Shown here: piece after piece, positions 55,778-63,441 of the stretch
How positions within the stretch are numbered: position 1 is the stretch's first letter
Layout: each line of letters opens with the position of its first letter
Assembly (NCBI GenBank): GCA_937877535.1
Contig: CALFJF010000060.1
Span: 250-64,249, forward strand
Source: an uncultured Treponema sp.
GTDB taxonomy: Bacteria > Spirochaetota > Spirochaetia > Treponematales > Treponemataceae
Direction: 5' to 3'
DNA: 64,000 nt
Notes under the pieces: model-generated
Seen by the model: only the letters and a program-made list of their open reading frames with translations
Databases searched by the model: none
What the model was told of the DNA's origin: nothing
Translations under genes and position numbers: made by a program

Positions 55778-57454
55778 ATGAGAAAAATTGTTTTTTTTCC
55801 TTTTTTTTTCCTTTTGATTTTTTCGTCATGCGCAAAAGAAGCAAAAGAGCGCGTGCGTTTTGACGTTTTTGGCTCAGAAGATGTTATTTTTGCAAAAACA
55901 ATTCAAGAAAAAGACGGCTCTTTTCTAAAGATTTTTGAATTTTCCGAATCCGCGATTTCTATTTTTCCGAAAGGCTCGCTTTTTGTAGAGTTATTTTCGT
56001 CTTCGTTTGAAGAATCGGATTTTTTTGAAATTGGATTTCTTCTCAAAAGCGAAAACGAAAAAAATCCCGTTTTTTCCACAAAAATCCAAGGAAACGCAAA
56101 AAATTTTTTTGTAAATCGCGCGTCTGCTCGCGTTCGCCTTGAGATTTTTTCAAAAAAAGACGAAATCGTGAGAGGTTTTTTTGTAAAATCGGCGCAATCC
56201 ATTTCCGTTCGCGCAACGGGAATGTGTGAAAAAAAAATCGGCGTTGACGTTTCGACTTCGATTCCGATTTTTGCGTTTTCTGCTGACGGCGGAAAAGAGG
56301 CGAGCGCAAAAATCATTTCGTTTGCGGGAAAAAATCCGTTTTTTTTGAAAGAAAACGCGCTTTTTCCACTTTTGAACGTCAAATTCCGCGCGGGAGCAAA
56401 GAAAAACGCGCGTGTGGTCATTTCCGTTTCTGGAGAAAAATTCACGCTCCGTCGCCCCGTTGAAGACGAAGACTCGATTTTGATTCCGCTTTCATGCGTT
56501 AACCGCGATTCCATTTCTCCGATTATCGTTGAAGAAGGCGGAGATTCGCTCGATTCGATTTTGCTCACTCCCGCCGCCGAGTCTTCGCTCGTTTTTAAGG
56601 AAAACACACGCTTTGTTCTTTCGCCCGTAAAACTCGACCCGGGGCTTGTTTTGTATTATCCCAAAAAAAATTGGCGCGGTGCGGATTACGAACTTTTTGA
56701 GTGGGACAGATTTCCTGGCGTTCTTTTGATGGACATTTCAAATTATTCTGTTCAAAACGATTTTTTTAGAAGACTCGCATTTTTTGTTGAAAAGGCGGGG
56801 TTTCGTGGAAAACTTCTTTCAGACGAGTTTCTTTTTGACAAGCATGCGTACAATGCGCATGATTATCGCGCGGAAAGTCTTGCCGCATTTTTTGAAAAAG
56901 CGCGAAAAGAGCATTTTCCGCTTGGAGAAAAAGAGCGTTTGCTCAAAGAAATCCTCGTCAAAAATGGCGTTATAAAAATCGACGAAAACGGACACGTTTT
57001 GCCAGGAATTGGTGCGGTCATTTCTATTTCTCAAGAATCTCCGATGTATCTTAGAAATCAATTTATTTCGCACGAAGGGTGGCACGGAATTTTTTTTGTG
57101 GACAAAGATTTTCGAGATTTTGTGTATTCAGAGTTCGATTCTATGGACAGTCGTACCCGCGATTATCTTGTAAGATATTTTCAGGTAACGCCATCGCTTA
57201 ATTACGACATAAAAGATGCGTATCTTCTTAGAAACGAATTTATGGCATATATGCTTCAAAAACCCGTTTCCGACATTGCGCGGTATTTTTCCGACATGGC
57301 TTCTCGTCGCCATTCGCAAGATTTGGCAAAAAAAGAAGCCGATTACATCATTGAAACAAACGCGCAAGGCTTTGTTGACGCGGCAAAACGACTCAGCGAT
57401 TACGCAGAAAAACGCTGGAATTTGAGTGCAGGGCGAGTTTGGCTCATAAATTAG
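55778..57454 (+). CDS. hypothetical lipoprotein with an HExxH motif
   Basis: MRKIVFFPFFFLLIFSSC lipobox at the internal ATG 55778 of tracked ORF 55439-57454. HEGWH sits in the C-terminal third (FISHEGWHGIFF). Confidence 0.55.
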   Translation: MRKIVFFPFFFLLIFSSCAKEAKERVRFDVFGSEDVIFAKTIQEKDGSFLKIFEFSESAISIFPKGSLFVELFSSSFEESDFFEIGFLLKSENEKNPVFSTKIQGNAKNFFVNRASARVRLEIFSKKDEIVRGFFVKSAQSISVRATGMCEKKIGVDVSTSIPIFAFSADGGKEASAKIISFAGKNPFFLKENALFPLLNVKFRAGAKKNARVVISVSGEKFTLRRPVEDEDSILIPLSCVNRDSISPIIVEEGGDSLDSILLTPAAESSLVFKENTRFVLSPVKLDPGLVLYYPKKNWRGADYELFEWDRFPGVLLMDISNYSVQNDFFRRLAFFVEKAGFRGKLLSDEFLFDKHAYNAHDYRAESLAAFFEKARKEHFPLGEKERLLKEILVKNGVIKIDENGHVLPGIGAVISISQESPMYLRNQFISHEGWHGIFFVDKDFRDFVYSEFDSMDSRTRDYLVRYFQVTPSLNYDIKDAYLLRNEFMAYMLQKPVSDIARYFSDMASRRHSQDLAKKEADYIIETNAQGFVDAAKRLSDYAEKRWNLSAGRVWLIN

Positions 57455-58050
57455 CGTTTTTCGGAAAAACGTTTTTTGTTATACCCCCCCCGTACTACGT
57501 CGATGTTGAACATTTTTTCTGCGCCAACACTCGTCATCGGTCCGTGTCCTGGCATGATTATGGTGTCATCATGCTGCGAAAGAATTTTTGAGCGAATCCC
57601 AAAAATCAACGTGCGCCGCGCGTAAGAAGAACTCGTGCCTCCGATTGTTCCCGCTTCAATCGTGTCGCCTGTAAAAAGGACATTTCCGATTTTGAACACC
57701 ATGGAATCCGATGAGTGTCCAGGCAGCGAAAAATACGAAACGTTCAACCCCGCGATTCTGAGTGTGCCTTCGCCGCGAATGACGCTTGCGGGATTTTTTG
57801 CAACTCCAAGGTCTGCCGCGTAAACTGCAACGTCGTATATTTTTCGGAGCGTCGAAAGTCCTTTTGTGTGTCCAGAATGATTGTGCGTTATCAGCACGGC
57901 TTCGAGCGTGTAGCCGTTGCCCTCGATTTTTGACAACAATTCCTCCGAGATTTTCCCTGGGTCGATTATGACTGCCCGTCCGCTTTGCTCGTCAACGACT
58001 AAATAGCAATTTGAAAACGAATCGATGTTTATGTGAAAATATATTTTCAT
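57451..58050 (-). CDS. MBL-fold metallo-hydrolase
   Basis: 199 aa. CYLVVDE ... AVIIDPG ... VLITHNHSGHTKG ... LPGHS ... MPGHG. Motif 2 reads HNHSGH rather than HxHxDH. Confidence 0.8.
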   Translation of the reverse strand: MKIYFHINIDSFSNCYLVVDEQSGRAVIIDPGKISEELLSKIEGNGYTLEAVLITHNHSGHTKGLSTLRKIYDVAVYAADLGVAKNPASVIRGEGTLRIAGLNVSYFSLPGHSSDSMVFKIGNVLFTGDTIEAGTIGGTSSSYARRTLIFGIRSKILSQHDDTIIMPGHGPMTSVGAEKMFNIDVVRGGYNKKRFSEKR

Positions 58051-58086
58051 GTTTCCTCTCTTATTTTTGCACTTTTTAGGAGCAAA

Positions 58087-58743
58087 TTACATTATTCCGC
58101 CGTCTTTTGACTCTCCGAGGAATAATTCGCTTCCGCGTTTGTCAAAAATCGCCTCTTTTGTGTTTGAAAGTCTAAACGAAATGTTCGTTTGATTTAGTTC
58201 GTAAAAAATCGTCCGTTTTAAGTTGCAATTTCTGAACGACGTGTCAACGAGGTTCGCTTTTATGAAGCGCGATTGATACAGATTTGAGTTGTCGAACGAA
58301 CTTTGGTACGATTGCAGTCCTGAAAAATTGACTTGGATTTGCTCGCTATCTGTATAGATAACATGGATGAATTTTGCGCCCGCAAAAGATGAATTTATAT
58401 TGACTGATTTTATGAAATTGCAATCCGTAAAAATCGCAAAGTCAAAAGCCGTAAGGCGCGTGCGGATTTTTTCCGTTTGTATGTTTATCAAAAAACAGTA
58501 CCTAAAATTGCAGCCGTAGAATTTTTTTTCGTATAGGTGAACGCCAGAAAAAGTTAGTCCGCTTGCATTCATTCCAACGATTTTTTCGTTTTCTTTGACA
58601 TAATTCAAAAGCCGTTCAACGATTTTATTTTGCTCGGGATGGTGCTTGTAACAAAAATCCGCGGAAATGAGTTTTCCGTTTTCCACGTCTGAAATCGCAG
58701 GTCGCATACAACCTGTGCATCTGCAAAGTGTCATCTGATACAT
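58087..58743 (-). CDS. pentapeptide-repeat-like protein with an N-terminal Cys/His cluster
   Basis: 218 aa. The N-terminus is CRCTGC ... CYKHH. The body has A(D/N)LxF-like periodicity (ASGLTFSGVHLYEKKFYGCNFRYCFL, ANLVDTSFRNCNLKRTIF). Confidence 0.55.
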   Translation of the reverse strand: MYQMTLCRCTGCMRPAISDVENGKLISADFCYKHHPEQNKIVERLLNYVKENEKIVGMNASGLTFSGVHLYEKKFYGCNFRYCFLINIQTEKIRTRLTAFDFAIFTDCNFIKSVNINSSFAGAKFIHVIYTDSEQIQVNFSGLQSYQSSFDNSNLYQSRFIKANLVDTSFRNCNLKRTIFYELNQTNISFRLSNTKEAIFDKRGSELFLGESKDGGIM

Positions 58744-58826
58744 GGTTCAATTTTACACGAAAGCGCAAAAAAATCGCAATAAAACTGCCGTTGATTGATT
58801 CTATGGGAAGGTTTAATCTGTACGCT

Positions 58827-59633
58827 ATGTGCAAAATCGATTTTGCTTTTTTGGACAGCGGAACGGGCGGCATTCCGTACATGCTCGCGCTCAAAGAAAA
58901 AATGCCGCAGGCGCGGTGCGTGTACTTGGGCGACACGGCGCAGTTTCCCTACGGCGAAAAATCCGAGGAGAGCGTTGTGGAATGTGCGTCAGAAGCGGTT
59001 TCTCTCATTATCGAAAAATGGTCGCCACGCGCGCTCGTCATTGCGTGCAATACGATAAGCGTTACCGCGCTTTCTTCGCTTCGGAAGCGATTTTCTGAAC
59101 TCAAAATGGTGGGAACGGTTCCTGCGATAAAACTCGCCGCAAAAATCTCAAAAAATCGCAGAATCGGGCTTCTTGCCACGAACGCCACGGTTTCAAATCC
59201 GTATTCAGACAAGTTGATTTTGGATTTTGCTTCCGATTGCCGCGTTTTTAAGTTGGGAGAGCCGAATCTTGTTCGATTTGTGGAAAAGAATTTTTTTACG
59301 GCAACCGAAAGCGAGCGACTTGAAGCGTGTATTCCCGCTCGAAACTTTTTTTTGCAGCACGATTGCGACACGGTCGTTTTGGGATGCACGCATTTTACGC
59401 ATATCGCTTCTGATTTTGCAAAGGCGGTCGGAAACGGCGTGAGCGTTATCGATAGCCGTGACGGCGTTGCAAATCAGGCGTTGCGAGTTTGTTCCCCGCC
59501 GTTTTCAAAAGAGTTTGGAGAGGATTCTATTCCAGATTGTTCTTTTTTTGTAACAAAACTCGATTTTGATTCTTGCGCCGAATACAAAATGCTTTGCGAA
59601 AAATATAAAATCCCCTGGGGCGGGGTCGTGTAA
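58827..59633 (+). CDS. murI: glutamate racemase
   Basis: FAFLDSGTGGIPY, VIACNTIS and LGCTHFTH motifs. I prefer the ATG at 58827 (tracked start 58728). Confidence 0.9.
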   Translation: MCKIDFAFLDSGTGGIPYMLALKEKMPQARCVYLGDTAQFPYGEKSEESVVECASEAVSLIIEKWSPRALVIACNTISVTALSSLRKRFSELKMVGTVPAIKLAAKISKNRRIGLLATNATVSNPYSDKLILDFASDCRVFKLGEPNLVRFVEKNFFTATESERLEACIPARNFFLQHDCDTVVLGCTHFTHIASDFAKAVGNGVSVIDSRDGVANQALRVCSPPFSKEFGEDSIPDCSFFVTKLDFDSCAEYKMLCEKYKIPWGGVV

Positions 59634-60841
59634 TGCGAGTTGAAAAAATCTCTGAAATATTGCGCGAAATCGGAAAGCACCTTGCGCGCAGTCAGCGCGG
59701 ATTTATCTGCGCGGCAATGGCAGAACTGTTCGCACTCGTCTATCACATCTGCTTTTTGGTCTTTTTTTATCGGCAGGGGCTGCTTCCGCTTTTTTACTTC
59801 AACATTTTTAGCGTCAGTTTTTTCTGCCTGAACCTGCTGATTCTGTTCGGCTTAAAAAAAGTGAGCGTCGTCTTTTTCAATTCGATTTTTGAAGTCTGCC
59901 TGCACCAGATTTTGGCTGACTACTTTTTGGGCGCACTGGCGGGATTCCATTTTTTGATTATCATTTTGGTGGTCTTTCCGTTTTTGGTTGAGCGGCGAGG
60001 GTTTAACATCGGCATTCCCACCTCGTTTTTCTGCCTGTGCGTGTTTTTTGCCTGCGAGTTTTTCTTTTCTGCCCGCGCGCCCGTCGTTACGCTTTCCGCC
60101 CCGCTGCTCCGCACCCTGCGTCTGGTGAACATTGTGGCAAGCATGACCGTGCTCCTTACGATGATTATCATTTTTAAGCTGATTATCGGCTATATTGAGC
60201 ACAGCATGGAAGAGCTGAACCAAAAGAACGAAGCCCTGCTGGAAAACATTTTGCCCAAAAAAGTGGTGGAAAATCTGCGCGAAACGGGCAAGTCCGCCCC
60301 CGAACTGTTTGATGGCGTGACGGTGCTTTTTACCGATGTGGTCAATTTTACCACGATTTCAAAATCGCTCGCCCCTGCGGTACTCATCAGCGAACTGAAC
60401 GATATTTTTACCCATTTTGACGGCATTATGGACGCGCACCACTGCGTGCGGATTAAGACGATTGGCGACGCATACATGGCAGTCTGCGGATTGCCCGAAA
60501 AAGACGCGAACCACACCAAAAATCTGGTCGCCGCCGCGCTGGACTGCCGCGACTACCTTGCCGAGCGCAACAAAACGCACGCGCTCAAATGGACGATACG
60601 GCTTGGCATACACACGGGCGAAGTGGTAGCGGGCATTGTGGGCGTAAAAAAATACATCTACGATGTCTTTGGCGACACGGTAAATGTGGCAAGCCGCATG
60701 GAATCTTCCAGCGAAGAAATGAAACTCTGCGTTTCCGAAGCCGTCTACCGCCGCGCCCGCTCGTCCTTTGCCTGCACCCCGCGCGGCGAGATGGAAATTA
60801 AAGGCAAAGGGCTGATGAAACTGTACTTTGTGGAGCGGTGA
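59633..60841 (+). CDS. membrane-anchored class III adenylate/guanylate cyclase
   Basis: 402 aa. An N-terminal polytopic domain of about 190 aa is followed by VTVLFTDVVNFT, IKTIGDAYMAVCGLPE and FGDTVNVASRMES. The ATG overlaps the murI stop as TAATG. Confidence 0.85.
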   Translation: MRVEKISEILREIGKHLARSQRGFICAAMAELFALVYHICFLVFFYRQGLLPLFYFNIFSVSFFCLNLLILFGLKKVSVVFFNSIFEVCLHQILADYFLGALAGFHFLIIILVVFPFLVERRGFNIGIPTSFFCLCVFFACEFFFSARAPVVTLSAPLLRTLRLVNIVASMTVLLTMIIIFKLIIGYIEHSMEELNQKNEALLENILPKKVVENLRETGKSAPELFDGVTVLFTDVVNFTTISKSLAPAVLISELNDIFTHFDGIMDAHHCVRIKTIGDAYMAVCGLPEKDANHTKNLVAAALDCRDYLAERNKTHALKWTIRLGIHTGEVVAGIVGVKKYIYDVFGDTVNVASRMESSSEEMKLCVSEAVYRRARSSFACTPRGEMEIKGKGLMKLYFVER

Positions 60842-60850
60842 AAATTTCTC

Positions 60851-60945
60851 ACGGAGGCACGGAGTACACAGAGGACTTTCACACGACACGATGCTCTCTG
60901 TGTCCTCTGTAGTTTCGCGAAGCGAATACTACTTGCTCTGTGAGG
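60851..60945. repeat. composite palindromic REP-like element between the convergent cyclase and icd genes
   Basis: Tandem CACGGAGG-CACGGAG. The stem ACAGAGGAC (60868-60876) pairs with GTCCTCTGT (60902-60910). A small hairpin TTCGC-GAA-GCGAA follows, and CTCTGTG is repeated. Confidence 0.5.
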
Positions 60946-60948
60946 AAT

Positions 60949-62145
60949 TTAAAGACGCGCGGCAATCTCGTCGATGTATTCCCACGAATTTACAATCTGT
61001 TTTGCCGGCGGGTTTGCAAGCCGAGCCAAGTCGCCGGTCATCACTCCTTCTTCGATTACATCGAGCGTGGCTTTTTCGAGCTTGTGCGCGAAATCTGCCA
61101 AATCGGGAGTGCCGTCAAGTTCGGCGCGCTTGGCGAGTGCGCCCGTCCAGGCAAAAATGAGCGCGACTGGGTTCGTCGAGGTTTTTTCGCCTTTTTGGTA
61201 GCGGTAGTAGTGCTTCTGAACCGTGCCGTGGCTCGCTTCGTACTCGAATTTTCCGTCTGGAGAAACGAGAACGCTCGTCATCATGGCGAGGCTTCCGCAC
61301 GCGCTTGCAATCATGTCGCTCATCACATCGCCGTCGTAGTTTTTGCACGCCCACAAGAATCCGCCTTCGCTTTTCATCACGCGGGCAACGGCATCGTCAA
61401 TCAAGGTGTAGAAATATTCAAGGCCTGCTTTTTCAAACTTCTCTTTGAATTCAGAATCGAACACGCGCTGGAAAATTTCTTTGAAATTTCCGTCGTAGGT
61501 CTTTGAAATCGTGTCTTTTGTGCCGAGCCACACGCTGATTTTTTGGTCGAGCGCGTAATTGAAGCAGCATCGCGCAAAACTTTCGATTGAAGAGTCCATA
61601 TTGTGAATTCCCTGCAAAATTCCGGGGCCTTTCATCTCTTGGATTGTCTTTCGGATGACTTTTCCGTCTTTCCCGGTGAACACGAGTTCCGCAGTTCCAG
61701 GCCCGTCGGTCTTAATCTCGCAGTTTTTGTAGACATCGCCGTATGCGTGGCGACCGAGCACAATCGGCTTTTTCCAGCTCGTGACCGAACACTGGATATT
61801 TTTCACGAAAATCGGTGCGCGGAAAACCGTGCCGTCAAGTTCCTCGCGGATAATTCCGTTCGGGCTTCGGGTGAGCTGCTTTAAGTCGTATTCTTTGACG
61901 CGGGCGGCGTTGCTCGTAATCGTGGCACATTTTACGCCCACGCCCAGCCGTTTGATTGCCGCCGCGCTCTCGTAAGTCACGCGGTCGTCGGTGTTATCGC
62001 GATTCTTCAAGCCCAAATCGTAATATTCGGTTTTCAAATCAACGAACGGCTCAAGAAGTTTTTCTTTGATGACCGCCCACAAAACTCTCGTCATTTCGTC
62101 GCCGTCAAGCTCGGCGATTGCGTTTTTCATCTGAATTTTTGCCAT
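60949..62145 (-). CDS. icd: NADP-dependent isocitrate dehydrogenase (subfamily II, eukaryote-like homodimeric type)
   Basis: MAKIQMKNAIAELDGDEMTRVLW ... GVKCATITSNAARVKEY ... NYDGDVMSDMIA ... HGTVQKHY. I use the ATG at 62145 (tracked start 62184). Confidence 0.95.
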   Translation of the reverse strand: MAKIQMKNAIAELDGDEMTRVLWAVIKEKLLEPFVDLKTEYYDLGLKNRDNTDDRVTYESAAAIKRLGVGVKCATITSNAARVKEYDLKQLTRSPNGIIREELDGTVFRAPIFVKNIQCSVTSWKKPIVLGRHAYGDVYKNCEIKTDGPGTAELVFTGKDGKVIRKTIQEMKGPGILQGIHNMDSSIESFARCCFNYALDQKISVWLGTKDTISKTYDGNFKEIFQRVFDSEFKEKFEKAGLEYFYTLIDDAVARVMKSEGGFLWACKNYDGDVMSDMIASACGSLAMMTSVLVSPDGKFEYEASHGTVQKHYYRYQKGEKTSTNPVALIFAWTGALAKRAELDGTPDLADFAHKLEKATLDVIEEGVMTGDLARLANPPAKQIVNSWEYIDEIAARL

Positions 62146-62333
62146 AATGAAAAAAGTATACAAGAAAAACGCTTCTTGTCGCAATTCGTGTTTTGTGTCG
62201 CAAACCGTTTTTGAAAACGCTTGCCGTTTTGAACGACGGCGTTAATCAGCGTTCCACGTAAGAACATTTTAGTGTATAATAAACTTGTTCGATATTTTCG
62301 TTATCATTTCATTTTCTGTGTCAAGGAGGAAAT

Positions 62334-63017
62334 ATGCGAGTTCTTTTGGTTGAGGACGAGGAGGGACTAAACAGTGCGCTTGTTGAAATATTCAAAAAAA
62401 ATCGACTGAGCGTTGATGCCACTTTGAACGGCGCGGACGGATTAAAATATGCGCAGTCTGGAAAATACGATGTAATTATTTTAGATATAATGCTTCCAGG
62501 AATTGACGGAATTCAAATCTTAAAAACGTTGCGATTAAACAAAAATAGCACTCCGATTTTGCTTTTGACGGCAAAAGACGACGTGCAAGACAAGATTTTG
62601 GGTTTGGACGCGGGCGCGGACGATTATTTGACAAAACCGTTTTCCACGGACGAACTTTTGGCGAGAATTCGTGCGCTTTCAAGAAGAAAGGGCGAACTCC
62701 GAAACGATTTTGAACAATTTGGCGACCTCATTTTGAGCCGCGTGAATTGCGAATTACAAAGCGAAAACGGAAAAGCGATAAAATTGTCGCTCAAAGAATA
62801 TCAAATTCTTAATTTGTTTTTTGAAAATCCGCACCAAGTAATTACAAAAGGTCAAATTATCGAAAAAATCTGGGGCGGCGAATCAAACGCGGAGTACAAC
62901 AACGTTGAAGTGTATATTTCGTTTATCCGCACCAAAATCGAAACGCTTGGCGTTCACGTTCGGATTCGCACCATGCGCGGAGTTGGGTATTCGCTTGAAG
63001 ACGAAACTCGAACGTAA
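62334..63017 (+). CDS. OmpR/PhoB-family response regulator
   Basis: MRVLLVEDEE ... DVIILDIMLPGIDG ... LLLTAKD ... DDYLTKPF form the receiver domain. A winged-helix output domain follows (LSLKEYQILNLF ... IRTMRGVGYSL). Confidence 0.9.
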   Translation: MRVLLVEDEEGLNSALVEIFKKNRLSVDATLNGADGLKYAQSGKYDVIILDIMLPGIDGIQILKTLRLNKNSTPILLLTAKDDVQDKILGLDAGADDYLTKPFSTDELLARIRALSRRKGELRNDFEQFGDLILSRVNCELQSENGKAIKLSLKEYQILNLFFENPHQVITKGQIIEKIWGGESNAEYNNVEVYISFIRTKIETLGVHVRIRTMRGVGYSLEDETRT

Positions 63018-63358
63018 ATTCTTGATGCGGTGATGTTACAAAATGGCTGCTATCTTTTTGGTGGTTGAGCGCGTCAAACCTAGTCGATTTTTGTTTGCGC
63101 GTCATTACGTTCAGGATTATACTGGACTTGCATTTTTATCCATTTGTTTTGATTTTTGGAGGAGAAATTATGACGCTCAAAGAATATTTAATTGGACAAG
63201 CCCTTGCTGGAACGGACACTAATTTTCCGTCAACGCCATCAGGCGAAGAATTGCTTCCTGACGCCTGGGCGGAAAATGCCGCCATGCGAATTGTGGAACT
63301 TGTGAACAACGTTTTGATTCTTGCACGACTTGACGGCAAAAAAGAAATCACGCTTTAG
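62995..63358 (+). pseudogene. possible remnant of the cognate sensor histidine kinase
   Basis: A TTG-initiated frame overlapping the RR end reads LKTKLERKFLMR, then TGA (63031-63033). The +1 frame continues DVTKWLLSFWWLSASNLVDFCLRVITFRIILD (TM-like) and ends in ...IVELVNNVLILARLDGKKEITL, which resembles the distal HisKA helix. There is no H-box and no ATPase domain. A 62-aa piece (63171-63358) has its own GGAGGA Shine-Dalgarno sequence. Confidence 0.3.
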
Positions 63359-63441
63359 AAGAATCTTTTTAGAAATCCCCTTTTTTTGCACTTCAAAGAC
63401 CAGTGGCAAAACTCCGCGCTTTTCGCTAGAATCGACCTATT

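Noticed and set aside
62185-62333. Promoter call for the response-regulator gene (GTGTATAAT at about 62273-62281)
   Set aside because: The -10 element is good, but the best -35 at 17-nt spacing (TTCCAC) is poor, and the TG is not at the extended -10 position. It is too weak to list as a feature.
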